Positions 8,317-16,575 of a stretch of 62,426 bases of DNA are shown here, piece after piece. Under the pieces are notes generated by a model that ran no database searches, was not told the DNA's origin, and worked only from the letters and a program-made list of their open reading frames with translations. Source of the DNA: Trueperaceae bacterium (lineage in GTDB: Bacteria; Deinococcota; Deinococci; Deinococcales; Trueperaceae); NCBI GenBank assembly GCA_007695125.1, contig REEJ01000307.1, positions 1-62,426 of the forward strand, written 5' to 3'. The translations under genes were made by a program, and so were the position numbers. Within the stretch, counting starts at the first letter, position 1; each line of letters opens with the position of its first letter.

Positions 8317-9291
8317 TCAGCCGGGTCGCCAGGCTCCGAGCAGCAGGTCGTAACGGCCGCCCACGTGCGTGACGAAACCGTGCTGCTGGAGGTAGCGCCG
8401 GTACGCGGCGAGGTCGCGCACCACGAGCGACAGGTCGCTCGCGCGGTAGTTCTTGGTGCGCGCTCCCCACACCACCTCGTCACCCCGGAAGCGGCTGTTG
8501 GGCACACCGAGGAGCAGGCCGGCTCCGGTCTCGAGATGGCGTTGGACCACGTTCCGCAGCAGCGCCTTGTCGTCGACCCCGGGGCTCTGCAGCAGGTCGA
8601 TTGCGATCACCAGGTGGTACCTGCCGAGATCGCTCGGCAGGTCGTTGACGTCGGCCTCCACGAAACGCGCTCCGGGGAAGCGCTCGCGCGCCTGCTCGAG
8701 GGCGCCGGCCACGCGGTCCACGCCGGTGACCGCGAGCGCGCTGGGCGGTGGGACGAGCCAGCCGAGCGCCTCGATCTCGTCGCCGCGGTGGCAGCCGAGC
8801 ACCAAGACGCGTCCGCCGTCGGGCGGCCGGACGCGTTCGAGCGCGTCGAGCAAGGGGACGAGGAAGCCGGGGTGCTCCAGCTTGCGCACGGCGGCGAACG
8901 CGCCGTCGGGCTCGTAGCGCTCGGCGCCGCCGGTGCCGCCGTGCCAGGCCGCCTCCGGCTCGAGCGGCGAGAAACGGATGCGCACGACGCCGGGCGCGAC
9001 ACGCTCCGGTGTGTGACAGCGGCAACCGATGACCTCCGCCAGGTCGACCCAGGCCCGCCAGGTGCGCAGCGGCGCGGCGCGGTCGTGCGCCGTTCCCGGG
9101 GCCGCACGAGCCGCGGCGTCGGGGTCGGGCACGTCGAGCTCGAACGTTCCGACGGAGGCGAGCGCGGCACGCGCCCAGCGCACCACCTCGACCAGCGGGG
9201 TCGCGCCGACCGCGAGAAGCGGCCGCTGTGCGCCGGCGGCGGACGCGCCGACGGTTGCGGATCGCTCGTCACCGTTGCGCTGGTCGCTCAT
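8317..9291 (-). CDS. Class I SAM-dependent methyltransferase with an uncharacterised N-terminal ~150-aa domain
   Basis: Motif I VLVLGCHRGDE and post-I FVEADVNDLP. The first ~150 aa show no recognisable motif. Confidence 0.7.
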   Translation of the reverse strand: MSDQRNGDERSATVGASAAGAQRPLLAVGATPLVEVVRWARAALASVGTFELDVPDPDAAARAAPGTAHDRAAPLRTWRAWVDLAEVIGCRCHTPERVAPGVVRIRFSPLEPEAAWHGGTGGAERYEPDGAFAAVRKLEHPGFLVPLLDALERVRPPDGGRVLVLGCHRGDEIEALGWLVPPPSALAVTGVDRVAGALEQARERFPGARFVEADVNDLPSDLGRYHLVIAIDLLQSPGVDDKALLRNVVQRHLETGAGLLLGVPNSRFRGDEVVWGARTKNYRASDLSLVVRDLAAYRRYLQQHGFVTHVGGRYDLLLGAWRPG

Positions 9292-9331
9292 CGCGCCATC
9301 AGACCATGTCCTTACCCAGTGTCGCCGCTCC

Positions 9332-9361
9332 TTGCAATTTGCATTGTTTGCACGCTACGAT
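9332..9361 (+). promoter_or_regulatory. Promoter/operator island upstream of the MarR gene
   Basis: AT-richer island TTGCAATTTGCATTGTTTGCA with three TTGCA repeats, including the inverted repeat TGCAA-T-TTGCA. TTGCAA-18 nt-TACGAT lies 9 nt before the ATG at 9371. Confidence 0.5.
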
Positions 9362-9370
9362 GATCGCGAT

Positions 9371-9874
9371 ATGCAAGCGTCTGATGCTCCGTTCGCGCGC
9401 CGGTACCTCCACGGCGCATGGCACGCCGTACGCCACGTGGAGCGGGTCCTCGCCGACGTCGGCGATCTCGACCTGACCGAGCTCGTCGTCCTGGAGTACG
9501 CGTCGCTCAGCGATCTCGGACCAGGCGCCATCGCGGACGCCTTGCGGCTAGCGCCCCACACGGTGTCGCGCACGCTCGGCCGACTCGCTTCTGCGGGCCT
9601 GCTCGAGCGGCGCGTCGCCGTGGGCGACGCGCGCCGGCGGACCTTGGTGCCGACACCGTCCGGATCGGCCACGCTGGCGCGCCTCCACGCGGCCCTCGGC
9701 GCGCACCTCACCACCATGCTCGGCGACCAGCACCCCGAGCGCCTGCGCGCGTTCGCGGACGTGCTCACAGCGATCGTCGCTGCCGACGCTCCGAGCGAGC
9801 CGACCAGCGAGGTCAGTGGATCAGGTGCAGCTCCGTCTGCCGACCGCCCAAGAAGTGGATCTCGCCGCCCGTGA
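9371..9874 (+). CDS. MarR-family transcriptional regulator
   Basis: Start taken at the ATG at 9371 within track ORF 9029..9874. Winged helix-turn-helix (IADALRLAPHTVSRTLGRLASAGLLERR..DARRRTL). The 3' end overlaps the convergent gene by 62 nt. Confidence 0.75.
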   Translation: MQASDAPFARRYLHGAWHAVRHVERVLADVGDLDLTELVVLEYASLSDLGPGAIADALRLAPHTVSRTLGRLASAGLLERRVAVGDARRRTLVPTPSGSATLARLHAALGAHLTTMLGDQHPERLRAFADVLTAIVAADAPSEPTSEVSGSGAAPSADRPRSGSRRP

Positions 9875-11138
9875 ACGCCACGATCTGCTCCGTCGCGCAC
9901 TTCACCCGCTGACCGCCCCACTCGGGCACCGCCACCTCGCAGAACATCTCGAACGAGTGCAGCGTGTGCTCGAACAGCGGCAGGTCGCCGCGGCCGGGCA
10001 CGCCCGTCTGCTGGTCGTACAGGCCGATCATCGGCCCCGCGCCGTGCCCGTGATACCCGATCGGGTGCGTGTACATCCGCCCCTCGATGCCCGCGTCCGC
10101 CATGCGCGCGAGCACGTCGGCGAGGATCTCGTTCCCCGATCGGCCCGCCACCATGCAGGCTGCCAGGAGGTCCTGCTGCGCGTTCGCGGTGCGGAGCGCG
10201 GCGACGAGCCCGGCGGGCGGCGCCTCCTCGCCCAAGCGCAGCACGTACGCGTTCTGCTGCGTGTCCGTCGCCAAGCCCAGGTAGTGCAGTCCGAAGTCGC
10301 AGTGCAGGAGGTCGCCCGGCCGGATGACCTCGTCGGGACTCGCCCCGATGTCGCCCACCGCCACGCCCTGTCGCTGGATCGACACGGTCGGCTGGAACCA
10401 GCACGACAGCCCCAAGTCCACCGTGCGTTGCCGCATCCACCAGGCGACGTCGAGCGCCGTGGTCACGCCTGGGTGGACCACCCGACTCGAGAACGCCTCG
10501 CCGATGATCCCGTGCGCGATCAGGTTGATGCCCCCCACGGCGTCGAGCTCGCCCGGGCTCCGCTTCTCCAACCAGCCGACCGCCAACCGCTCGGCCGACA
10601 CGGTCCGCGCCGCGAGATCGGAACCGAGCGCCTCCATCAAGGCATCGTGCTCGAACTTCGACAACCCGTCACCGAACGCGAAGTGCTCGGCGACGTTCAC
10701 ACCGATGCGCTTCGGATCGCGCTCTTCGACCACCCGACGCAGGCACTCCCACTGCGTCTCGGTCGCCTGCTCGGTCCGCGTCTTCGCCCACATCGCCTGG
10801 TAGGAGCCGTCGAGCCCGATCCCGGCGTTCGCGATGGCCATCGCCTCGAACGGACCGTCGGCGGGGGCATGGAACACGAGGATCGTCCGCCGACGGGCCG
10901 ACATCATCGTGGCCGGCAACAGGCTCATCAGCACCGGGTCCTCGTTGTACTCGCGTGCCACGACGATCCACAGGTCGATGCCCTCGCGCCGCATCACCTC
11001 GGGCAGCACCGACTGTAGACGCTCTCGCAACCAGCCGTCTCGGACCTCGGCTTGGCGCCGGAGCGGAAGGATCTTCTGCGACCAATCGGAGACGCGTTGG
11101 CGCTCGAAGGCGAGACGAGCGGTGGGGGTGGTGGTCAT
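9813..11138 (-). CDS. M24-family metallopeptidase (Xaa-Pro aminopeptidase/creatinase-like), paralog 1
   Basis: Start at the ATG at 11138, preceded by GGAGGAG. Pita-bread metal-site segments LLHCDFG..ATDTQ, HPIGYHGHG, FEMF and ATEQIV. Confidence 0.8.
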   Translation of the reverse strand: MTTTPTARLAFERQRVSDWSQKILPLRRQAEVRDGWLRERLQSVLPEVMRREGIDLWIVVAREYNEDPVLMSLLPATMMSARRRTILVFHAPADGPFEAMAIANAGIGLDGSYQAMWAKTRTEQATETQWECLRRVVEERDPKRIGVNVAEHFAFGDGLSKFEHDALMEALGSDLAARTVSAERLAVGWLEKRSPGELDAVGGINLIAHGIIGEAFSSRVVHPGVTTALDVAWWMRQRTVDLGLSCWFQPTVSIQRQGVAVGDIGASPDEVIRPGDLLHCDFGLHYLGLATDTQQNAYVLRLGEEAPPAGLVAALRTANAQQDLLAACMVAGRSGNEILADVLARMADAGIEGRMYTHPIGYHGHGAGPMIGLYDQQTGVPGRGDLPLFEHTLHSFEMFCEVAVPEWGGQRVKCATEQIVAFTGGEIHFLGGRQTELHLIH

Positions 11139-11276
11139 GGGGCTCCTCCGAAGTGAAACGTGCAGGGACGTGCAGGCGCGCGCGTGCGCCGGGTCGCTGC
11201 GGGCTACCCCGTCAGCGTACCTGCGCCATGCGCGCCCGCGCCGTCGGCACGCCGCCACACGGAGCCCGACACCGGC

Positions 11277-11342
11277 CGCTAAGCGTGCGCTAAGCGACGT
11301 CCACGTACCGTCCACGCGACGTCAGGCCGCAGTCGTGCGGCC
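11277..11342 (+). promoter_or_regulatory. Two pairs of 11-nt-period direct repeats plus a 5'-UTR hairpin upstream of the propeller-lipoprotein genes
   Basis: CGCTAAGCG at 11277-11285 and 11288-11296. CGTCCACG at 11298-11305 and 11309-11316. TACCGT -10-like hexamer at 11306-11311. Hairpin GGCCGCA-gtcg-TGCGGCC at 11325-11342. Confidence 0.4.
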
Positions 11343-11357
11343 GCGGAGAGGAGCACG

Positions 11358-12572
11358 ATGCAGACGACCGGACACCAACCGCGCACACGCCACGCTCGCG
11401 CCCACGCCACTTCGGCAACCCCGCCGCAGCGACCCGTCACCTCGCGCCTGACGGCGACCGCCACGGCCGCACTCCTGACGCTCGCGCTGGCCGCCTGCGG
11501 TGCGCCGAGCGGGCCGACCGATCCCGGCGGTCCAGGCACCCTCACGACCTACCTCCTCCTCGACAACTGGACCGCGCGCTCGGTCTCGGTCATGTCGAGC
11601 GAGGGGGGCAGCGCCGACCTGGCGTTCGAGAGCAACGTCCTGCTCGGCCTCGACGTCACGCCCTGCGGCATGGCCATCGGCCCGGACGGGCGCGTCTACG
11701 TCACCGACCACCAGGGCGTGCGGGTGCTCGTGATCGACCGCGAGCGCCTCCTCGACGGCACGGCCACAGGTGACGCCAGGCTCGCCGCCATCGAACTGGA
11801 AGGACTCGTCCAGCCGTGCGGCGTCGCCTTCGACGCGAGCGGCGCGATGTGGGTCGCCGACCGACGAGGAGCCACGCACACGGCGTCGCAGCCGAACTGG
11901 CTCGCGCAGTTCGACGCCGCCCAGGTCGCCGCCGCGAGCGGCAGCGTCTCGCTGGCCCCGGTCCGCACGCTGCAACCCGTGCACAACACGACGAGCATCA
12001 TGCTCGACACGCTCTTCGCGTCGTGGTGGATCACGTCGCTCACCTTCGACGACCAGGACCGCCTCTGGTACACCGACCGCTGGCGCTGGACGGTGAGCCG
12101 CATCGACGACCCGAACGGCTACGGTACGGGCCTCGTCACGGACGTCGAGCCCGACATGCAGCTCACCAACGCACCCGTCGTCGGCGAGAACCCCGCCGTG
12201 CAGTTCATGGTCAACCCGCACAGCCTCGCGTTCGACGGTGCCGGCAACGTCTACATCGGGACGAACGGGGCGCCGAACGCGCTGCGCTACGCCGTCGACG
12301 ACCTGCCGTCGAACGGCCGCACGTTCGTCCTGCCCGCCGCCACGCTCACGCTCCCGATCCCGCAAGAGGATGGACCGTTCGGGCCGCTCGCCGTGACGAT
12401 CGACGAGGACGGCACGCTCTTGACGGCGGCGAACCAAGCACGCCAGCTCTTCCGCGTGACCGCCCCCGCCACCCGCGACGGCGACGTGACGCCGGACGCC
12501 GTCACCACGTGGGCCGACGCCGGTGCCACCGACGGCGCCACGTTCGTCTGGACCACCCGCCCGACCCCGTGA
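11358..12572 (+). CDS. Beta-propeller (NHL/Vgb-like repeat) lipoprotein, tandem paralog A
   Basis: Lipobox LALAAC|G. Repeated blades IGPDGRVYVTD, FDASGAMWVAD, FDDQDRLWYTD, FDGAGNVYIG and IDEDGTLLTA. Ribosome-binding region GAGAGGAGCACGATG. Confidence 0.75.
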   Translation: MQTTGHQPRTRHARAHATSATPPQRPVTSRLTATATAALLTLALAACGAPSGPTDPGGPGTLTTYLLLDNWTARSVSVMSSEGGSADLAFESNVLLGLDVTPCGMAIGPDGRVYVTDHQGVRVLVIDRERLLDGTATGDARLAAIELEGLVQPCGVAFDASGAMWVADRRGATHTASQPNWLAQFDAAQVAAASGSVSLAPVRTLQPVHNTTSIMLDTLFASWWITSLTFDDQDRLWYTDRWRWTVSRIDDPNGYGTGLVTDVEPDMQLTNAPVVGENPAVQFMVNPHSLAFDGAGNVYIGTNGAPNALRYAVDDLPSNGRTFVLPAATLTLPIPQEDGPFGPLAVTIDEDGTLLTAANQARQLFRVTAPATRDGDVTPDAVTTWADAGATDGATFVWTTRPTP

Positions 12573-12625
12573 GGGGCGAGCACGCGACGACCGGCGGCGC
12601 CGCCGCTGCCGTCGAGAGGAGCACG

Positions 12626-13822
12626 ATGCGCAACGGCCAGCGCCTACCGCAGCGATCCGACGTTCACCCGCATGCAGCGACCGCCACGCCGACCAGACGC
12701 GGCACCAGCGTGCGCCTCGCGGCGGCCACCGCCTCCCTCGTCCTGACGCTCGCCCTCGCCGCCTGCGGCGGCCCCGCCGGCCCCGGTGGGCCGACCGACC
12801 CGAGCACCACCACCTACCTCCTGCTCGACAACGCCGGGCAGCGCTCGGTCTCCGTGATGTCGAGCGCCGGCGCGCTCGCCGATCTCACCTTCGAAGCGAA
12901 CGTCTCGCTCGGCGATGGCGTCCGACCGTGCGGCATGGCGATCGGTCCGAGCGGGCGCCTCTTCGTCACCGACTTCGACGGCGCGCGCGTTCTCGTCATC
13001 GACCTGGACGGTCTCCTGGACGGCGACGCCAGCAGCGCGGCGCGCGTCGCGACGATCACCGCGCCGGGCCTGCAGGAGCCGTGCGGCTTGGCGTTCGACG
13101 CATCTGGGTCCCTGTGGATCGCCGATCGTCGTGGCTCGATGCTGCCCGACGCGTTCGTCGCCAACCAGCTCCTGCAGTTCGACGCGAGCGCCGTCGCGGG
13201 CGCCACCGGCGCGGTCGAGCTGACGCCCGTCCGGTCCATCGAGCCGTTGCACGGCACGACCGACACGGGGCCCGACGCCCTCCTCGAGTCGCGCTGGATC
13301 ACGTGGCTCGGCTTCGACGACGACGACCGCCTGTGGTTCACCGACGTCTGGCAAGCGTCGGTCAACCGCATCGACGCACCGGGCACCCTGCCGCTCGGCC
13401 TCGTCACCGATGTCGAACCCGACATGCAGCTCACGAACCCACCCGGCAGCCTGATCATGCGGAACCCGGCGAGCCTCGCCTTCGACGCCACCGGAAACGT
13501 CTACGTCGGCAACGTCGGCGATGCTCGGGCGCTGCGGTTCGTCGTCTCGCGACTGCCCTCCGACGGTCGCACGACCGTGGAGCCCGATGCGATCCTGACC
13601 TTCCCGATCTCGCTCGCCGCCAGCCCCATCGCCGGGCCGCGGGCCGTCACGCTCGACGCCGAAGGCGCGCTGTGGGCCGCGGGCACGAACCGCGGCCTCT
13701 ACCGCGTCGTGGCGCCGGCCGACGAGGACGGCGACGTGACACCCGGGGTCGATACCGAATGGACGAGCGCGGGCTTCACCGACGGCGCCACGTTCGTCTG
13801 GACGACGCGCACGACGCCCTGA
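12626..13822 (+). CDS. Beta-propeller (NHL/Vgb-like repeat) lipoprotein, tandem paralog B
   Basis: In-frame ATG at 12626 inside track ORF 11816..13822. Same GAGAGGAGCACGATG initiation region as paralog A and the same blade motifs. Lipobox LALAAC|G preceded by TRRGTSV. Confidence 0.75.
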   Translation: MRNGQRLPQRSDVHPHAATATPTRRGTSVRLAAATASLVLTLALAACGGPAGPGGPTDPSTTTYLLLDNAGQRSVSVMSSAGALADLTFEANVSLGDGVRPCGMAIGPSGRLFVTDFDGARVLVIDLDGLLDGDASSAARVATITAPGLQEPCGLAFDASGSLWIADRRGSMLPDAFVANQLLQFDASAVAGATGAVELTPVRSIEPLHGTTDTGPDALLESRWITWLGFDDDDRLWFTDVWQASVNRIDAPGTLPLGLVTDVEPDMQLTNPPGSLIMRNPASLAFDATGNVYVGNVGDARALRFVVSRLPSDGRTTVEPDAILTFPISLAASPIAGPRAVTLDAEGALWAAGTNRGLYRVVAPADEDGDVTPGVDTEWTSAGFTDGATFVWTTRTTP

Positions 13823-13860
13823 ACGAGTCGCGACGTCGTCCCACGACCGTGGGCGTGTTC

Positions 13861-13884
13861 GGGGGCGGGCCGATGCCCGCCCCC
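13861..13884. terminator. Bidirectional stem-loop between convergent genes
   Basis: Perfect 10-bp stem GGGGGCGGGC-cgat-GCCCGCCCCC followed by TCTT. Confidence 0.6.
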
Positions 13885-13887
13885 TCT

Positions 13888-14970
13888 TCACTCGACGACG
13901 AGCAGCTCCCGCGGCGCGTTCGTCAGCGACTCGCAGCCGTCGTCGGTGACCAGCACGTCGTCCTCGATCCGCACGCCCAACTCGCCGGGCAGGTACGCAC
14001 CCGGCTCGATCGTGACGACGTGCCCCGCCTCCGCGCGCTGGTCGTTGTCGCCACGCAGGTAGGGCGGCTCGTGGATCTCGAGCCCGAGCCCATGGCCGAG
14101 CCGGTGCGTGAACGCGTGCGCCAAGCCGACCGCGGCGAGCGAAGCGCGCGCGGCGGCGTCGACGTCGCCGAGGCGTGCGCCGGGCGCCAGCGCGGCCTTG
14201 CCGGCCTCCTGGGCAGCGGCCACGGCCGCGTGGACCTCGCGCAGCCGCGCGCTCGGCTCGCCCACCGACACGGTGCGCGATACGTCCGACAGGTAGCCGG
14301 CCCAGCGACCACCGAAGTCGAAGAGGACGCCGTCACCGCGCTGGATCACGCGCTCCCCGCTGACGTGGTGCGGGAAGGCTGCGTTGGGGCCCGAGGCGAC
14401 GATCGTGAAGGTGTCGTCGAGCCCCTCGGCCCGCATGGCGGCCGCGAGCCGGGCGGCCACGGCCCGCTCGCTGCTCCCGGCGAGCGGCTCGCGCAGCAGC
14501 GCGGCGTAGGCCCGATCGGTGGCCGCGGCCGCCGCGCACAACGCCTCGACCTCGGCGGCCTGTTTCACGGCGCGCACACCGCCGGTGACGCGCTCGAGCG
14601 CGACGAGACGGAGCTCGGGTCGGGCGGCTGCGATGCCCAGCACCTCGCTGGCCGCGACGCGCTCGCCGAGCGCGAGCCGGGCGGCGCCTGCCGGCAGCTG
14701 CGCCACGAGCAGCGGCACAGGGTCCTGGTCCTCCTCCCACGGGACGGTTCGCAACCCGGCCGGAACGCGGCTGGCCTCGAAGGCAGGGAGGACCATCACG
14801 GCCTCCCCTTCCACCGGCAGCACCAGCAGCGCGAGGCGCTCCGAGAGGTGCATGTGCAGGCCGGTCAGGTACACGAGGTCGCCCGAGGGCGGGATGACGG
14901 CGGCGGCGGCGCCGGCTTCGGCGAGACGGTGGCGTAGGCGGGTCTGGCGCTCGAGGTGGGTGGCGTCCAT
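13888..14970 (-). CDS. M24-family Xaa-Pro dipeptidase/aminopeptidase, paralog 2
   Basis: Start taken at the ATG at 14970. Motifs [39 protein letters not shown] and [10 protein letters not shown]. Confidence 0.85.
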   Translation of the reverse strand: MDATHLERQTRLRHRLAEAGAAAAVIPPSGDLVYLTGLHMHLSERLALLVLPVEGEAVMVLPAFEASRVPAGLRTVPWEEDQDPVPLLVAQLPAGAARLALGERVAASEVLGIAAARPELRLVALERVTGGVRAVKQAAEVEALCAAAAATDRAYAALLREPLAGSSERAVAARLAAAMRAEGLDDTFTIVASGPNAAFPHHVSGERVIQRGDGVLFDFGGRWAGYLSDVSRTVSVGEPSARLREVHAAVAAAQEAGKAALAPGARLGDVDAAARASLAAVGLAHAFTHRLGHGLGLEIHEPPYLRGDNDQRAEAGHVVTIEPGAYLPGELGVRIEDDVLVTDDGCESLTNAPRELLVVE

Positions 14971-15041
14971 CGCACCAGTCTGACCCGGCGCGGCCCGCGC
15001 TGCGACGGGGCGCGACGAGGGCCGGCGGTACACTGCCCCAC

Positions 15042-15656
15042 ATGAGCGTCACCGACACGGCCCCGTCGCCCCTCGTCGTCACCGCGCCACCGGAGCGCTT
15101 CTTCGGCTACTACCCCGGCACCGTGGCCGTCGTCACGGCCGCGCACGGCGGCGATCGCAACGTGATGAGCGCCGGCTGGCACGCCGCGCTGTCGGCAGAT
15201 CCGCCCTTGTACGGGGTCGCCTTCGGGCGCGAACGCTACACCTACGGCCTGGTGCGTGCGTCGAACGCCTTCGCGGTCCACTTCCTGCCGTTCGAACGCG
15301 CCGACGCGATCGCAGGCGCCGGCTCGCTGAGCCGGCACGACGGCGTCGACAAATTCGAGCGCCTCGGGCTCGCCACCAGCACGGGTCGCGTGCTGGACGT
15401 GCCGATCCTGCACGACGCCTACCTCGCGTACGAGTGCCGGGTCGACGCGGTGCACACCACCGGCGATCACGACTTCGTGGTGGGAAGCGTGGTCGCGGTC
15501 CATCACCGCCCCGACGCATTCGACGAGCGCCGCCTGCAAGACGGCGCTCGCGTTCCCGGCGTCGTGTACTACGGCCGCAGCACCTTCGAGGCGCTCGGCT
15601 CCGGGGCGCGCGGCGAGTTCACCCCCGAGCGCTACCGCGAGCGCAAGCCGGTCTGA
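15042..15656 (+). CDS. Flavin reductase-like (FMN-binding split-barrel) protein
   Basis: 204 aa. GTVAVVTA..NVMSAGW and GDHDFVVGSVV are typical of the family. TACACT lies 7 nt before the ATG, suggesting a leaderless transcript. Confidence 0.75.
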   Translation: MSVTDTAPSPLVVTAPPERFFGYYPGTVAVVTAAHGGDRNVMSAGWHAALSADPPLYGVAFGRERYTYGLVRASNAFAVHFLPFERADAIAGAGSLSRHDGVDKFERLGLATSTGRVLDVPILHDAYLAYECRVDAVHTTGDHDFVVGSVVAVHHRPDAFDERRLQDGARVPGVVYYGRSTFEALGSGARGEFTPERYRERKPV

Positions 15657-15669
15657 CGCTACGCGCCCC

Positions 15670-16575
15670 TCAGGTGTCCTTCAGGCGCCGGTCGAACACG
15701 TCGCGCAGGCCGTCGCCGAGCAGCGAGAAACCGAGCACGACGATCGTGATGGCGATCCCCGGGTAGAGCGTCACGTGCGGCGCGCTGCGGATCGCCTCGC
15801 GGCCCACCGACAGCATCCGGCCCCAGCTGACCTGTGGCGGCTGCGTGCCGAGGCCGAGGAACGACAGCGCCGCCTCGGCGACGATGGCGGTGCCCATGCC
15901 GAGCGTGGCGAGCACCAGCGCCGGCGCCCAGGCGTTGATCAGGATGTGCTTGAAGAGCACGATCAGGTGGCTCTGGCCGAGCGCCTTGGCGGCCTCGACG
16001 AACTCCTCTGTCTTCACCGCCAACACGTCGGAGCGCACCACACGCGCCATCGTCGGTATGCGAACGATCGCGATCGCCACCATGGCGTTGACGATGTTCG
16101 GCCCCAACGCGGCCACGATGGCGATCGCCAGCAAGATGCCTGGCAACGCCAGCAGCACGTCCATGACGCGCATGATGACGTCGTCCACGATGCCGCCGAC
16201 GTAGCCCGAGATGGCGCCCAGGATCACGCCGAACACCAGCGAGATGCCGGTCGCGATCAGGCCGACCATCAGCGAGACGCGCGCGCCGATGATCAGGCGT
16301 GACAGCAGGTCGCGCCCGAGCTCGTCGGCGCCCAAGATGTAGCGGGTGTTGAACTCGCCGTCGACCCAGAGGCCGCGCGGCGCCTCGTAGCGCTCCCAGA
16401 TGTCTTGCTGCAAGGGATCCATCGGCGTGATCCAGGGCCCGATCAGCGCCACGATCACCAGCCCGACGATGATCACCGAGCCGAACATGATGCTCTTGTT
16501 GCGAAACACGCGCCGCAGCGTGGGGTTCATGCGCCGCCGCGTGGCGGCAGCGGGGGCACCGGTGGCACTAGTCAT
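15670..16575 (-). CDS. Peptide/nickel ABC transporter permease (DppC/OppC-like)
   Basis: 301 aa. Has an OppC-type N-terminal region and the BPD-transporter EAA loop (EAAKALGQS). Confidence 0.85.
   Translation of the reverse strand: MTSATGAPAAATRRRMNPTLRRVFRNKSIMFGSVIIVGLVIVALIGPWITPMDPLQQDIWERYEAPRGLWVDGEFNTRYILGADELGRDLLSRLIIGARVSLMVGLIATGISLVFGVILGAISGYVGGIVDDVIMRVMDVLLALPGILLAIAIVAALGPNIVNAMVAIAIVRIPTMARVVRSDVLAVKTEEFVEAAKALGQSHLIVLFKHILINAWAPALVLATLGMGTAIVAEAALSFLGLGTQPPQVSWGRMLSVGREAIRSAPHVTLYPGIAITIVVLGFSLLGDGLRDVFDRRLKDT

Noticed and set aside
12523-14937. 804-aa plus-strand ORF spanning the second lipoprotein gene and the antisense of the M24 gene
   Set aside because: It is an Arg/Pro-rich frame artefact. 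The alternative frames contain clear lipoprotein and peptidase motifs.
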